64,000 nt of DNA from a virus (lineage: Duplodnaviria; Caudoviricetes), in IMG/VR virus record IMGVR_UViG_3300042542_006078; one strand, written 5' to 3'. Shown here one piece after another: positions 9,050 to 19,096 of the stretch (the stretch's first letter is position 1; every line of letters begins with the position of its first letter). The notes under the pieces are model-generated. The model saw nothing but the letters and a program-made list of their open reading frames with translations, was not told the origin of the DNA and searched no databases. Both the position numbers and the translations under genes were made by a program.

Positions 9050-10693
9050 TTACTGGCAACTCTTACATTCAAGAATATTTCTTGCAAAAACTTGAGCCGC
9101 ATTTACAGACATCTGATAATATAAAGACTTAATTCCAAGTTTCCAAGCCTCTACCAATAAAGCATTTACATCCTTAGTTGGGACACTTGGGTGAATCATT
9201 AAATTCAAAGACTGACCCTGATCGATATATTGCTGTCTCTGTGCAGCCTGAATAATAATTTCTTTTGGACTAATTTCGGCAAAAGTCTTGAATACATCCT
9301 TTTCCTTTTCTGAAAGGAAATCAAGATGCTGGACACTTCCTCCGTTCATGAGGATGCTCTTCCAAACATCATCAGTGTCTTTGCCCTTTTCCTTCAATAA
9401 CTTCTCAAGTTCAACATTCTTAATCGTGAATTTGCCTTTCTGCAAATCCTTGATGTAATAATTTGTACGATGAGGCTCAATACCTTCTGAAACTTGGCCA
9501 AGAATAAATGCAGACGACTTGGTTGGAGCAATTGCCATCAAAGTTGTATTGCGACGACCATAGCCTTTGCAAACTTCTGGCTCACCATATTCCTGAGCCA
9601 ACTTTGCACTCGCAGCATATGCCTTTTCTTTGATATTCATAGCAATCTGCACATTTTCAAATTTGGCTTCCATGCTTTCCCAAGGAATCATCTTGCTTTG
9701 CAAATAACTGTGCCATCCTAGCCAGCCAATTCCCAAAGCACGATGTCTTTCTGCAAAACGAACAGGTCTTTCCATGAACTTGATATTCTTAGCCTTATCA
9801 ATGAACTCAGTCATCACAGCATCTAGAAGATACACCAATAGCTCAACAGCATCTGTATCTTTCCATTCATCATAGTAAAGAATATTCATACTACTGAGGT
9901 CGCAAACAAAAGATTCTTCTTCGTTGTTTGCCAAAAAAATCTCACAGCATAAGTTGCTATGTGTTATTTTCATTCCTTTATCTTTATAACAATCAGCAGT
10001 ATTATTGTTAGCATTGTCTGTAAAGATGATATATGGATATCCAAGATTAGCACGGGTTTCTAAAACCTTGGCCCAAATCTTACGCTTTTCTGAATCGCCA
10101 TCGACCATTTCTTGCATCCAGTAATCTGGTACGCACACACCATAAGAAAGGTCTTGAATTGGAAAGCCTTCTGTTCTTAATTGAAGAAATTCCATGATGT
10201 CAGGATGATCAATTGGAAGATAAGCTGCAAAGTTGCCACGGCGAGTCTTGCCCTGACTGACAACATTGATGAGATTATCAAAAGCTTGCATAAAATGTAC
10301 AGAACCAGAACTTTCGCCGTTCTGTTTGATTTTAGCGCCACGGGGTCTTAAGTTGCCAAAATATCCACTTGTTCCCCCTCCATGCTTAGTCATCATGGCG
10401 ACTTCAGACCAAGTGAATGCAATTGATTCCATAGAATCACTTATAAAAGACCCGAAACAAGAAATCGGCAATCCTCGATCATTGCCGAAGTTTGTCCAAA
10501 TCGGAGTGGAAAAGCTATACCAACCCTTTTTGAAATTGTCTTGGAAACGCTTTGCGAATCCCGGTTTGTTCAATATTTTTTCTGCTGCGTTGCAAATCTC
10601 TGAAACACGATCATCAACACTTTGACCATCGACGAGATAATCTCTTTCGAGAAAAATACGGGAAAGGTCGGTGAGCCATCTGTAATCTGACAT
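9050..10693 (-). CDS. nrdA: Ribonucleotide reductase class Ia alpha subunit (no ATP cone)
   Basis: STPIW, PISCF, GGGTSG, SNLCCEI (thiyl Cys), AIAPT, DQGQS, KSLYY, C-terminal CKSC. Confidence 0.95.
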   Translation of the reverse strand: MSDYRWLTDLSRIFLERDYLVDGQSVDDRVSEICNAAEKILNKPGFAKRFQDNFKKGWYSFSTPIWTNFGNDRGLPISCFGSFISDSMESIAFTWSEVAMMTKHGGGTSGYFGNLRPRGAKIKQNGESSGSVHFMQAFDNLINVVSQGKTRRGNFAAYLPIDHPDIMEFLQLRTEGFPIQDLSYGVCVPDYWMQEMVDGDSEKRKIWAKVLETRANLGYPYIIFTDNANNNTADCYKDKGMKITHSNLCCEIFLANNEEESFVCDLSSMNILYYDEWKDTDAVELLVYLLDAVMTEFIDKAKNIKFMERPVRFAERHRALGIGWLGWHSYLQSKMIPWESMEAKFENVQIAMNIKEKAYAASAKLAQEYGEPEVCKGYGRRNTTLMAIAPTKSSAFILGQVSEGIEPHRTNYYIKDLQKGKFTIKNVELEKLLKEKGKDTDDVWKSILMNGGSVQHLDFLSEKEKDVFKTFAEISPKEIIIQAAQRQQYIDQGQSLNLMIHPSVPTKDVNALLVEAWKLGIKSLYYQMSVNAAQVFARNILECKSCQ

Positions 10694-11667
10694 TAGAATA
10701 AATCCTCCGCTGTAAATGACTTGGTGAACTTGGAATAAGTGACAGGTTTCTTGTGAAAGAAATCAGTGTTCACTTCGGCATGAATTTCGTCTTCAAACCA
10801 TTTTAGGTTGATCAGTTTTTTCATATCAACATCAAAATGTTTCTTTGCGCCAATCATTTCAAGACTTTCATTGAAACGATGCTTGACGAATTCCTTTACC
10901 GAATCCTTGGCGAGAAATGATAATTCGCCATTTTCAAAAATCCAATCAACAATTTTTGATTCAGATTCATAAGCTTTGGCGCAGGCTCTTTGGAGCTTCT
11001 CATAAAAATCATCATTAAACCAATCTGGATATTCTTTTTTAATTTGTTTAATTATATAAACACCAAGAAGAGCATGAATCGCCTCTTCTTTTTGAGTAGC
11101 TTGCACAACATTGTCGATATCTTTCAAGCAATTCATGTGTTTATTGAAAGATTTGATGATCAAAAACTGAGAAAACAAACTTACATTCTCGATAAATATA
11201 CTGAACAATGCCAATGTAAGAGTGTATTTTTCGTTGCTATTATCTGAAGCGCCTTTCAGATACTTTGTAAGATAATCAACTCTACCTTGTATGACAGGAT
11301 TCTGGAGTAATTGATCGAATTCATTGTTCATCCCAAGAACTTCGAGAAGGTGGGAGTATGCATCGGCATGACGAACTTCTGATTCGCCAAATGTAACGCC
11401 AACTTGTTCAAATTCGGCCTTGGGAAATCGATCACCAAGTCTGGTCCAGAACTTCTTGACTGATATTTCAATCTGCGAGATGGCGAGCATTGCGTTCTTA
11501 AGAACACTTTTTTGAACATCGTTCAATTTAACATTGAAATCATGAATGTCAGAAATGAAGTTCCATTCACTCACAAGCCAATAGCTGTGATTGATTGCAT
11601 TCTTATATTCAATAATTTCAGGATACTCAAAAGGCTTAAATGCCACTCTTTTGTCGAAAATACTCAT
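10693..11667 (-). CDS. nrdB: Ribonucleotide reductase class Ia beta subunit
   Basis: FKPFEYP, ESEVRHADAY, FIENVSLFSQF and EEAIH di-iron ligands, C-terminal DFF...TY. Confidence 0.95.
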   Translation of the reverse strand: MSIFDKRVAFKPFEYPEIIEYKNAINHSYWLVSEWNFISDIHDFNVKLNDVQKSVLKNAMLAISQIEISVKKFWTRLGDRFPKAEFEQVGVTFGESEVRHADAYSHLLEVLGMNNEFDQLLQNPVIQGRVDYLTKYLKGASDNSNEKYTLTLALFSIFIENVSLFSQFLIIKSFNKHMNCLKDIDNVVQATQKEEAIHALLGVYIIKQIKKEYPDWFNDDFYEKLQRACAKAYESESKIVDWIFENGELSFLAKDSVKEFVKHRFNESLEMIGAKKHFDVDMKKLINLKWFEDEIHAEVNTDFFHKKPVTYSKFTKSFTAEDLF

Positions 11668-11756
11668 TTTTTTCCTTCCTCACCCAAACGATGAGTTTAT
11701 AACAATACCGGGAAGTTATCTAAACAGCAATCAGAAAAATTTTGAAAAATATTTTG

Positions 11757-13820
11757 CTAAACAACCAATTTCGTGAACCCATTTTCGTGCATAAGTTTCA
11801 ATGTGTCAGCGGTTTGCAACATTCTGATTAAATCGTGATCGTGCGTGGTAACAAACACTTGTCTTTCTTCTGCCAATTCGCAAATCATATTATAAATGCC
11901 TTGAACTCCCAACGGGTCAACATTGGTGCTTACTTCATCTAAAAAAACTATAGATGGTATAGATCCTGAACTTAGCATCATGATGTGAGCGAAGCTTTGG
12001 CTGACAGCTAAGTTTAATCTTCTTCTCTGTCCTGTTGACATGGCATGATAAACATAAGGATTGCCATCAATAGGATTTCTTTCAATAATTTCATTTAATT
12101 CATTGTCAAACTTAAGCGTGATTCTATTGTCAATCAAAAACTGAAGCCAGTAGTTGATACGATTGTTGAGTTCTGGAATTACTCCATCAACAACCCACTT
12201 GCGAATACCATTGTCGCCAAAGCCTGTGATCCAGTAATCGTAATAAGGAAGTTCTGCTTCAAGATCTTTAACTTCTTTTTCTTTATCGGACACTTTTTCT
12301 ATCGCCTTGTTTAATTCTGTCTTGTCATTTTCAAGTATTTCCTTAAATGGAGTGTCGCCTTTTATCTCTTTTGCCTTGTCTTCAATTTGCTTTTTGAAAT
12401 TTTCAATCTTTTCCTGAAGCAACGCTTCGCTATTGTCAACTTTTGGTTCACGAACTTGAGATGATTTAACAAGTTCGTTTCTTAAGGAACTGAGTTCTTT
12501 ATCTAAGGCACTAATGTTTGAAACAAAATTATCGATAAACTTTTTTATTTTTTCTTGTTTCTCTTTGATGGAATCAGCCTTCTTTTGGACTTCTTTTCCG
12601 CTATCGACAATTTCCTTTAATTCATTATTAATTAGAACAATTTCAGAGTTCAACTTTTCAATATATTCGCTGAGATTTTCTTCGTTTATTTCGCCTTTGC
12701 ACTTATCACATTTTGTTCCCGGTATGTTTGATTTTAAGTTCTTAATCTCTTGTTCTTTAATTTGCCTGTTTGCAACGAGATTTTTTGCTTTCTTAGATAC
12801 TTCTTGATAATCTTCACCTACAATCTGGGCCTCTGTTTTAATTTCGTTTTCTTTGTTTCTGGCAAGAGCAAGTTTTTCTTCAGATTCTTTTTTAGACTTT
12901 TCCTTTTCAGGCATGATTTCGTTGATTTCTTTGATTTTTTCTTGTGCTTTTTGATAGGCCAACAATGCTGCGCCATTGTCTGACTGGCCTAGCATTTCTG
13001 TGAATTTCTGGCTACTTTTGATCAATATTTCAAGTTCATTCTTCTTGTCTTCCTTCCATTTGTTTTCCTTTTGTTTTGTTAAATCCAGCCTTCTAACTGC
13101 ATCATCTTTACTATTGATTAGCAGAGCATATTCTTTAGATTTGATATCAATTTTTGACTTAATTTCTTTTCTAAGATTCTTGGCATTTTCAGACCATTCT
13201 CTATAGATTCCAAGAGACAACATGTTCTCAACTATTTCTTTTTTCTGTTTGTTTTCGCATTCTAAAAAACAAGCTCTCTGATCATCTGTGAAAACAGACA
13301 TATTGATGAATGCTTCGTAAGAAAGGCCGATTATTTCTTCGATTTTTTTTTGAGTAAGAGACATTGTTCCCTGTGTGATTTCATTTTGTTTGTCCCAAAC
13401 TCCCTCTTTGCTTTCCCACAATCGAAGTGAATTTTTGGTGTCTTTGCCACCTTCTTTCCTAGTTCTAATGATTCTAAAATCATCGAAAATCAATTCCACT
13501 TTGGCATCTTTTCCTACTTTATTGTGTACCACATCATTTGCTCCGAGCTTTTCTGGTCTTTTTACCGTTTTGCCAAAAAGACCATAAGTGATAATTTCTT
13601 GTATGCTGCTTTTACCAGTACCATTACTGCTGACTTTCATTTCTTCTGATTGAACGATTGCATCGCCAATTAGATTTTTGGATTCAACCGATTTTGCGTC
13701 TTTATTTTCGCCACGAACAAGAACTATATTTTTGTATTTATCAAAATGCAGTTCTATGCCTTCGGGACCAAAAGGGAGAAAGTTGTATGCTGCTGCAAAC
13801 TTGAAGCGAAGATTCTTCAT
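11757..13820 (-). CDS. SbcC/Rad50/gp46-like SMC ATPase
   Basis: Walker A NGTGKSS, long coiled coil with CDKC zinc hook, signature MSTGQRRR, Walker B FLDEVSTNVD, TTH. Confidence 0.92.
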   Translation of the reverse strand: MKNLRFKFAAAYNFLPFGPEGIELHFDKYKNIVLVRGENKDAKSVESKNLIGDAIVQSEEMKVSSNGTGKSSIQEIITYGLFGKTVKRPEKLGANDVVHNKVGKDAKVELIFDDFRIIRTRKEGGKDTKNSLRLWESKEGVWDKQNEITQGTMSLTQKKIEEIIGLSYEAFINMSVFTDDQRACFLECENKQKKEIVENMLSLGIYREWSENAKNLRKEIKSKIDIKSKEYALLINSKDDAVRRLDLTKQKENKWKEDKKNELEILIKSSQKFTEMLGQSDNGAALLAYQKAQEKIKEINEIMPEKEKSKKESEEKLALARNKENEIKTEAQIVGEDYQEVSKKAKNLVANRQIKEQEIKNLKSNIPGTKCDKCKGEINEENLSEYIEKLNSEIVLINNELKEIVDSGKEVQKKADSIKEKQEKIKKFIDNFVSNISALDKELSSLRNELVKSSQVREPKVDNSEALLQEKIENFKKQIEDKAKEIKGDTPFKEILENDKTELNKAIEKVSDKEKEVKDLEAELPYYDYWITGFGDNGIRKWVVDGVIPELNNRINYWLQFLIDNRITLKFDNELNEIIERNPIDGNPYVYHAMSTGQRRRLNLAVSQSFAHIMMLSSGSIPSIVFLDEVSTNVDPLGVQGIYNMICELAEERQVFVTTHDHDLIRMLQTADTLKLMHENGFTKLVV

Positions 13821-13879
13821 GTTGTAATCCTGAAATTGACCGTAGATCTGGAAGACGGACTTTGTGCTTAATGTGAGCT

Positions 13880-13908
13880 ACTTTAACAGGATTTCAGGAC
13901 CAAGTCAA
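13880..13908 (-). promoter_or_regulatory. Putative sigma70 promoter for the SbcC-like gene
   Basis: TTGACT-17 nt-TAAAGT on the minus strand in the 94-bp gap upstream of the gene. Confidence 0.5.
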
Positions 13909-13914
13909 ATAAGA

Positions 13915-14637
13915 TTAATTTTCAGATTCTTGAGAGAGTCTAATATTCTTTACCAGTCTTCTCGACACACCAACTTTCTTGTTATGTGCGTATTTTTCAA
14001 ACAATTCTTTGTGTTTTTCGGAAAACAACAAGCTCTTGTTTTGGCACAGTTTTTTAAGTATTCCGGTTGGATGTATTGCAAGCTGTTCGATATCGTGAAA
14101 AATCAAATTATTTTTATTGTCTTTGAGGTCTGGTAAATTTATAAAATTATATTTGTTGTCTATAAAACTTATTTCAGATTCAAAAAATTTCAACATACAT
14201 TCTGTTTTGTTGTGATCTTTTAGGACGGCTGTCATATTGTGAACTGTGCCGTATTTCTTCCAAGAGATACTATTGCCGCCTACAAAACCGGGGTTTTTGT
14301 TTTTAGTCATCAACAAATTGTCTTCAATCATATCAAAAACTTCATCAATTGGTTTTTGAAACCAAACATCGGCATCGTAATAAACAAAATTTCCATCAAT
14401 TTCATTGGCCAATTTAGCAATCGTGTTAAGAGAAGCATTTCTGATTGTTGAATCTTTATTGCCTTCGTGAATGATTGCATCAAAGCTTTTTATTTTTTCT
14501 TTTGTGGCATAACTTAAGCCAAAATCTATGATTACGGGTTTGCTTTGTGTTTGGGCCAAATCACGCAATGAGGCAAGCCAAGAAATACCCCAAGGATTCC
14601 AATATTTTTCATTCAGCCCTGTTATGATGAAATTCAA
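13915..14637 (-). CDS. GT-A fold glycosyltransferase-like protein
   Basis: IIDFGLS and YYDADVWFQKPID (DxD) pattern as in GT8/GT77-like enzymes; TTG start. Confidence 0.55.
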   Translation of the reverse strand: MNFIITGLNEKYWNPWGISWLASLRDLAQTQSKPVIIDFGLSYATKEKIKSFDAIIHEGNKDSTIRNASLNTIAKLANEIDGNFVYYDADVWFQKPIDEVFDMIEDNLLMTKNKNPGFVGGNSISWKKYGTVHNMTAVLKDHNKTECMLKFFESEISFIDNKYNFINLPDLKDNKNNLIFHDIEQLAIHPTGILKKLCQNKSLLFSEKHKELFEKYAHNKKVGVSRRLVKNIRLSQESEN

Positions 14638-14640
14638 GTT

Positions 14641-15696
14641 TTACTCCGTTTTGATGCATATTTTTTCGCCTATTGCGAGAAGTTTTTTAAGGTCGAGGCC
14701 ATCGTGTCCAACCTGATCCGCATACTTAGCAAGCATTTCATTGCCTTTATATAGAATAGCTTTTGCGTCTTGAATAATATGTTCATCAATTAATTTTTTC
14801 TGCTGTTTGATTTCCAAGCTCGCAAGAGTCTTGTTTTCCATTATTTCTTTCTTGACATTTATCAAATCAGTAGCACCTATATTATCAACTTTAATCTGGA
14901 CATAGTTTCCTTCAAGTTGATATTTGTCTTTATCGGCATAATTGACTACAAGATGCTTAGGGCTGAAATTATTTTCGATGTATTCTTTTTCACACTTTTC
15001 CTGATCAAACAAAATGATGTGTTTAGTTTGGAAAGCTTCTCCAAAACTTAACTGCAAAGGCGATCCTATGTACTCAACTTTCTTGTTAACCCTTTGTTCG
15101 GCATGATAGTGCCCCAAAAATGTGTATTTGTAGTGATCGAAAAGTGATGCGCTGATGTTTACCATGTCGCCATCATGTTCAATTGTGACATCGCTGTGTT
15201 GATTTCCATGCAATACTGCGCCATCAAGAGCAAGGTGTCCAAGAGCATATTCCATCGTACTGTGAAGATTTTTTAATTGTTCAAGAGATTCAATTGGATT
15301 ATGAGTATAAGGAATAAAGTCCCAATTGTGTCCATCGATATCTATTCTTGATGGCTTGCCGATGACTGTGATGTTTGGCAAAACAGAGAGAGGCATAACG
15401 CTACTTATGTTTGTCTTGTCATTAAACCATAAGTCATGATTGCCAAGAAGTAAATAAACATGAAATTTGTTCTTTTTTGAGTATTCTGCAAATATTTCAA
15501 ATGCTTTTTGGTAAGTGTAAATTTCTATCTTTTGACGATCATGGAAAAGATCGCCTCCAAATAGAACATAATTAATTCCTTTTTCTATGGCAGTATCAAA
15601 AACCCATCTTAATGCCGTGAGGCAATCTTCAAGTCTTTGATTGCTTCTCTTATGGGGATGGATATGCAAATCGCTAAACAACAGTAACTTTGACAT
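14641..15696 (-). CDS. SbcD/Mre11/gp47-like metallophosphoesterase nuclease
   Basis: SDLH, GGDLFH, LGNHD, GHYH phosphoesterase motifs; start at ATG 15696 (MSKLLLF). Confidence 0.92.
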   Translation of the reverse strand: MSKLLLFSDLHIHPHKRSNQRLEDCLTALRWVFDTAIEKGINYVLFGGDLFHDRQKIEIYTYQKAFEIFAEYSKKNKFHVYLLLGNHDLWFNDKTNISSVMPLSVLPNITVIGKPSRIDIDGHNWDFIPYTHNPIESLEQLKNLHSTMEYALGHLALDGAVLHGNQHSDVTIEHDGDMVNISASLFDHYKYTFLGHYHAEQRVNKKVEYIGSPLQLSFGEAFQTKHIILFDQEKCEKEYIENNFSPKHLVVNYADKDKYQLEGNYVQIKVDNIGATDLINVKKEIMENKTLASLEIKQQKKLIDEHIIQDAKAILYKGNEMLAKYADQVGHDGLDLKKLLAIGEKICIKTE

Positions 15697-15840
15697 GTGG
15701 CTCTCCTTTATTTGGTATTCTGCTAAAAAACAAAGAAAAAGCAATAGCGAATAATCATTTGCCTCAGAAATGTGCCAACAAAGGGACAAATGAACCTGAT
15801 TTGTAAGCTAAAATTAAACAACTCGATGATAAATAATGCA

Positions 15841-16335
15841 ATGATTAGCTTTTCTAGATTTCTTGATGCAAAAATCCTGTTAGAACAGGATGCTCCTCCC
15901 GGTGGTCCTCCCGGTGGCGGTCCTCCTCCCGGTGGTCCTCCCGGTGGCGGTCCTCCTCCCGGTGGTGCCCCACCAATGCCTATGCCTCCCGGTGGAGGAG
16001 GTGGTCCTCCCGGCGCTGGTCCAGCACCCGGTGGAGCAGGAGGTCAGGGTCCATCCAAGAAGCTAAAAGCAGTCAACCTTTGGGATGTTCTCCAAGACAT
16101 GTTTGATTCCGATTCAAAGGAAGGCGAAGAGGGTTCAGAAGACAAGGAAAAACAAGGCGAAGAAGATTCTAATCAAGATGGAGAAAAATCGCCAGATAAA
16201 GAGCTTCCTGATTCATCGGGGCCTGCCTTTGGGATGGCGGAGCCAGCAGCAGGCATGGATACGAGCATGGGTGCCTCTCCAGTTGGCTCTGCACCTGCTG
16301 CTCCAAGCGGCCAAGCTTCTCCCGGTATGGCATAA
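15841..16335 (+). CDS. Gly/Pro-rich low-complexity protein, putative internal head protein
   Basis: Start reassigned to ATG 15841 (MISFSRFLDAKILLEQD); (PPGG)n tract, then an acidic segment. Confidence 0.55.
   Translation: MISFSRFLDAKILLEQDAPPGGPPGGGPPPGGPPGGGPPPGGAPPMPMPPGGGGGPPGAGPAPGGAGGQGPSKKLKAVNLWDVLQDMFDSDSKEGEEGSEDKEKQGEEDSNQDGEKSPDKELPDSSGPAFGMAEPAAGMDTSMGASPVGSAPAAPSGQASPGMA
15901..15960 (+). repeat. Exact 30-nt tandem duplication
   Basis: GGTGGTCCTCCCGGTGGCGGTCCTCCTCCC x2, inside a GC-rich coding tract. Confidence 0.95.
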
Positions 16336-16392
16336 TTTTTTTTGGTGATGCTGGATATAATTATTTAATTCAAAAACCTGTCACGAACCACC

Positions 16393-16842
16393 ATGAAAAA
16401 CTGTCTATCTATTGAACAAATCGAGTTTGTGTGCGAGTCTCTTAAAAACTGGTTTGATATTTGCCAAAAGAATGGCAAACAGATTAGTTCATCCACGATT
16501 GAAAACTCATCTCTTTTGAGAAGAATTCTTTCTGGTAAAAATCCTCATCCAGAAGCGCCTCCTTACAGGTTTGGATTTCCAGATTGGGAATTACTTGAAA
16601 ATGAAGAAATCCAGATTCAAGATTTATATGAAAACAACGATTTAATCACCATCGACAAGCATGATGGTTATATTTGGTTTGACAAAAGCAAAAAATTAAT
16701 TAGTTATCCTCGTCTGAATCTTACATTTGAATACATTGAGAAAGAAATAATTCCCGACCAAAGTTGTATTGTCGAAGGTTCTGATCCAACAGAATATAAA
16801 TACATTGCAAAATTCCTAAAGAGAATCCTAAATAATTCATGA
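16393..16842 (+). CDS. Hypothetical protein
   Basis: 149-aa ORF overlapping the next start (ATGA). Confidence 0.6.
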   Translation: MKNCLSIEQIEFVCESLKNWFDICQKNGKQISSSTIENSSLLRRILSGKNPHPEAPPYRFGFPDWELLENEEIQIQDLYENNDLITIDKHDGYIWFDKSKKLISYPRLNLTFEYIEKEIIPDQSCIVEGSDPTEYKYIAKFLKRILNNS

Positions 16843-17450
16843 ATTCTTTTTCTGAATATGTCAAAATGCGAGAAGGCTTTGGCCCTTACATTGGACCTTG
16901 CATTGATACTGATAATTATCAGGTTCAAGGAGCTTGCAGCCAGTTGAACACGGATAAAAAAAATAAAAAAATAAGTTCTGGTGAATACAAACACAAGAAA
17001 AAGAAATCTCGCCAATTTTCAGAACAAGCATCCACGCCATCTTCCAGCATTCAGGCTCCTGCCGCCGCAACTCCAGCGATAGCTGGACAACAAACTCCTA
17101 TTCTTGCCACATCTCCAGATGAATCTAAAAAGAAATGGAGCGCAAGCAAGAAAGACATCATGAATTTTTGGAAAACTATCGATGCAAACAAACCCATTAC
17201 TGCTAAACCAATCAAATATGGCTTCAAAGGTTCAACATATAGTGAAGATGGCATCAGAATCACAGGAAGCCCTCAATTTATAACAACTGTTATAAGCCAT
17301 TTGAAAGATTTCCTTGCATACGAGAATCCACAAAGCAAACTTGCTGTTTCTTACAGAGAAACAGAATCGCCAAGTAAAATAACTTCTGGACAAAACAAAA
17401 CAAGTTTTGTATTCTATATCGCCGTTAAAGAAAGAGGCGACAAAGGATAA
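16839..17450 (+). CDS. Hypothetical protein with capsid-targeting-like N-terminus
   Basis: Begins MNSFSEYVKMREG; Ala/Pro linker followed by a compact C-terminal domain. Confidence 0.6.
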   Translation: MNSFSEYVKMREGFGPYIGPCIDTDNYQVQGACSQLNTDKKNKKISSGEYKHKKKKSRQFSEQASTPSSSIQAPAAATPAIAGQQTPILATSPDESKKKWSASKKDIMNFWKTIDANKPITAKPIKYGFKGSTYSEDGIRITGSPQFITTVISHLKDFLAYENPQSKLAVSYRETESPSKITSGQNKTSFVFYIAVKERGDKG

Positions 17451-17454
17451 AACC

Positions 17455-17556
17455 ATGGAATATTTTGTTTGGGGTGCAATTACCGGAATCTGTTTTACAG
17501 TCGCCATGATTTCATGTATTTTCTGGTGGTTGCTGAGTAAGAAAAAAACACAGTAG
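17455..17556 (+). CDS. Small single-pass membrane protein (33 aa), not in the ORF track
   Basis: MEYFVWGAITGICFTVAMISCIFWWLLSKKKTQ; SD AAGGA upstream; fills the gap between two genes. Confidence 0.6.
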   Translation: MEYFVWGAITGICFTVAMISCIFWWLLSKKKTQ

Positions 17557-17561
17557 AAGCG

Positions 17562-17933
17562 ATGGAAAAAGCCATGATGGCAATTCTATGTTCAGATGGA
17601 CAACTTAAAATTAATGATATCGTGAAGGAATGTGTATCCCACAAATGGATACCACTACTGACATACAGATATAAAGATGAATCAGAAATATATCTACCTA
17701 TATTCAGCATTCAAGATACTGCTAAAGATTTTATCAAACGAAATTTGCCCAAAGAGTGGCTTAAGGCTTGCATATATCTTTCGGTCGATGATATTGAAAC
17801 GATCAATTCTTTGAAATGGAGAGTTGAACATTTCAGTTTTCCCAGAAAGATTGTTCAAAACCCAAATATTATTTTAGGTTTTGAAATTTTTGAATTCCAA
17901 GAAGAACCAAATTTTCTTTGCAGCAAGTTTTGA
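17562..17933 (+). CDS. Hypothetical protein
   Basis: 123-aa ORF in a tightly packed plus-strand run. Confidence 0.6.
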   Translation: MEKAMMAILCSDGQLKINDIVKECVSHKWIPLLTYRYKDESEIYLPIFSIQDTAKDFIKRNLPKEWLKACIYLSVDDIETINSLKWRVEHFSFPRKIVQNPNIILGFEIFEFQEEPNFLCSKF

Positions 17934-17978
17934 AGCTTGAAGTTCACCTTTTGAATTAGGTGATAACAAAGGATATTC

Positions 17979-19070
17979 ATGCAACTATCTAACGAACAGA
18001 AAGACATTGTCAGGAATATCCTGAAGTCTTTTGAAAGCAATCAAGTCATTACGATGGGTGGTTATGCTGGCACCGGGAAAAGCACTATCATTTCTACATT
18101 GAATCAAGCATTAAAAAACAAGGGTCTTGATTTTGCTGTGGGAGCATATACTGGCAAAGCAACTAATGTTCTAAGAAAAAAAGGTTTGAATGCAAATACA
18201 ATTCATAGCATGATATATCGACCCATGACTGATTCAAAAGGAGAAACTACTTGGAGTTTGATGAATCGTTATGAAATGCCAATTAGAATGGATGGTTTTA
18301 TAATCGATGAATCCAGCATGGTTTCCAAGGAAATCCACGATGACCTTTTATCTTTTGGAATACCAATCATTTATGTCGGAGATCATGGACAACTTGAGCC
18401 TATTGGAAGCAAGTTTAATTTAATGGAAGAGCCAATGTTTAGGCTTGAAACTGTTCACAGGAACGCTGGCGAGATAGCTCATTTTGCTGAACATCTAAGG
18501 AAAGGCAATCCTGCCAGAACATTTGAAACAACAAAATCTGTTCAAATAGTAGAAGATAGTGTTGTTGAAGATAAGCATTTGGCAGCAGTTGATCAAATCA
18601 TTGTAGCTTTCAACAAAACCAGAGTGAAATTAAATAATCGTGTCAGAAAAGAAAAAAAGATTGATTTTACATTTATTGCCAAAGGAGAAAAAATAATTTG
18701 CTTGAGAAATAACAGGCCTCTTGGTCTTTTCAATGGCATGCAAGGATATGTAACCAAAATACATAAAAATGAGAGAATAGACTTCACATCGGACGGACTT
18801 GGTTTCGGTCTTATCAAATACGATCCAGACCAATTCGGAAAAGAAACAAACCAATTTGAATTTAAGCAAGAGGCTAACCCTTTTGATTATGGGTATGCAA
18901 TTACTTGCCACAAGGCGCAAGGAGATCAATTTGGCAATGTAATTGTTTATGAGCAAAAATGTGAAAATTGGGACCATGTTAGATGGTCATATACTGCTGC
19001 AAGCAGAGCTATCAACGGATTGATATGGGTTAAATCCGCAGAGTTCCATCCTCATTACCTATTGCCTTAA
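17979..19070 (+). CDS. SF1 helicase, Dda/RecD2-like
   Basis: GYAGTGKST, IIDESSMV, VGDHGQLEP, YAITCHKAQG, YTAASRA. Confidence 0.92.
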   Translation: MQLSNEQKDIVRNILKSFESNQVITMGGYAGTGKSTIISTLNQALKNKGLDFAVGAYTGKATNVLRKKGLNANTIHSMIYRPMTDSKGETTWSLMNRYEMPIRMDGFIIDESSMVSKEIHDDLLSFGIPIIYVGDHGQLEPIGSKFNLMEEPMFRLETVHRNAGEIAHFAEHLRKGNPARTFETTKSVQIVEDSVVEDKHLAAVDQIIVAFNKTRVKLNNRVRKEKKIDFTFIAKGEKIICLRNNRPLGLFNGMQGYVTKIHKNERIDFTSDGLGFGLIKYDPDQFGKETNQFEFKQEANPFDYGYAITCHKAQGDQFGNVIVYEQKCENWDHVRWSYTAASRAINGLIWVKSAEFHPHYLLP

Positions 19071-19096
19071 AGCTAATTTTTTTGTAAATTACATGG

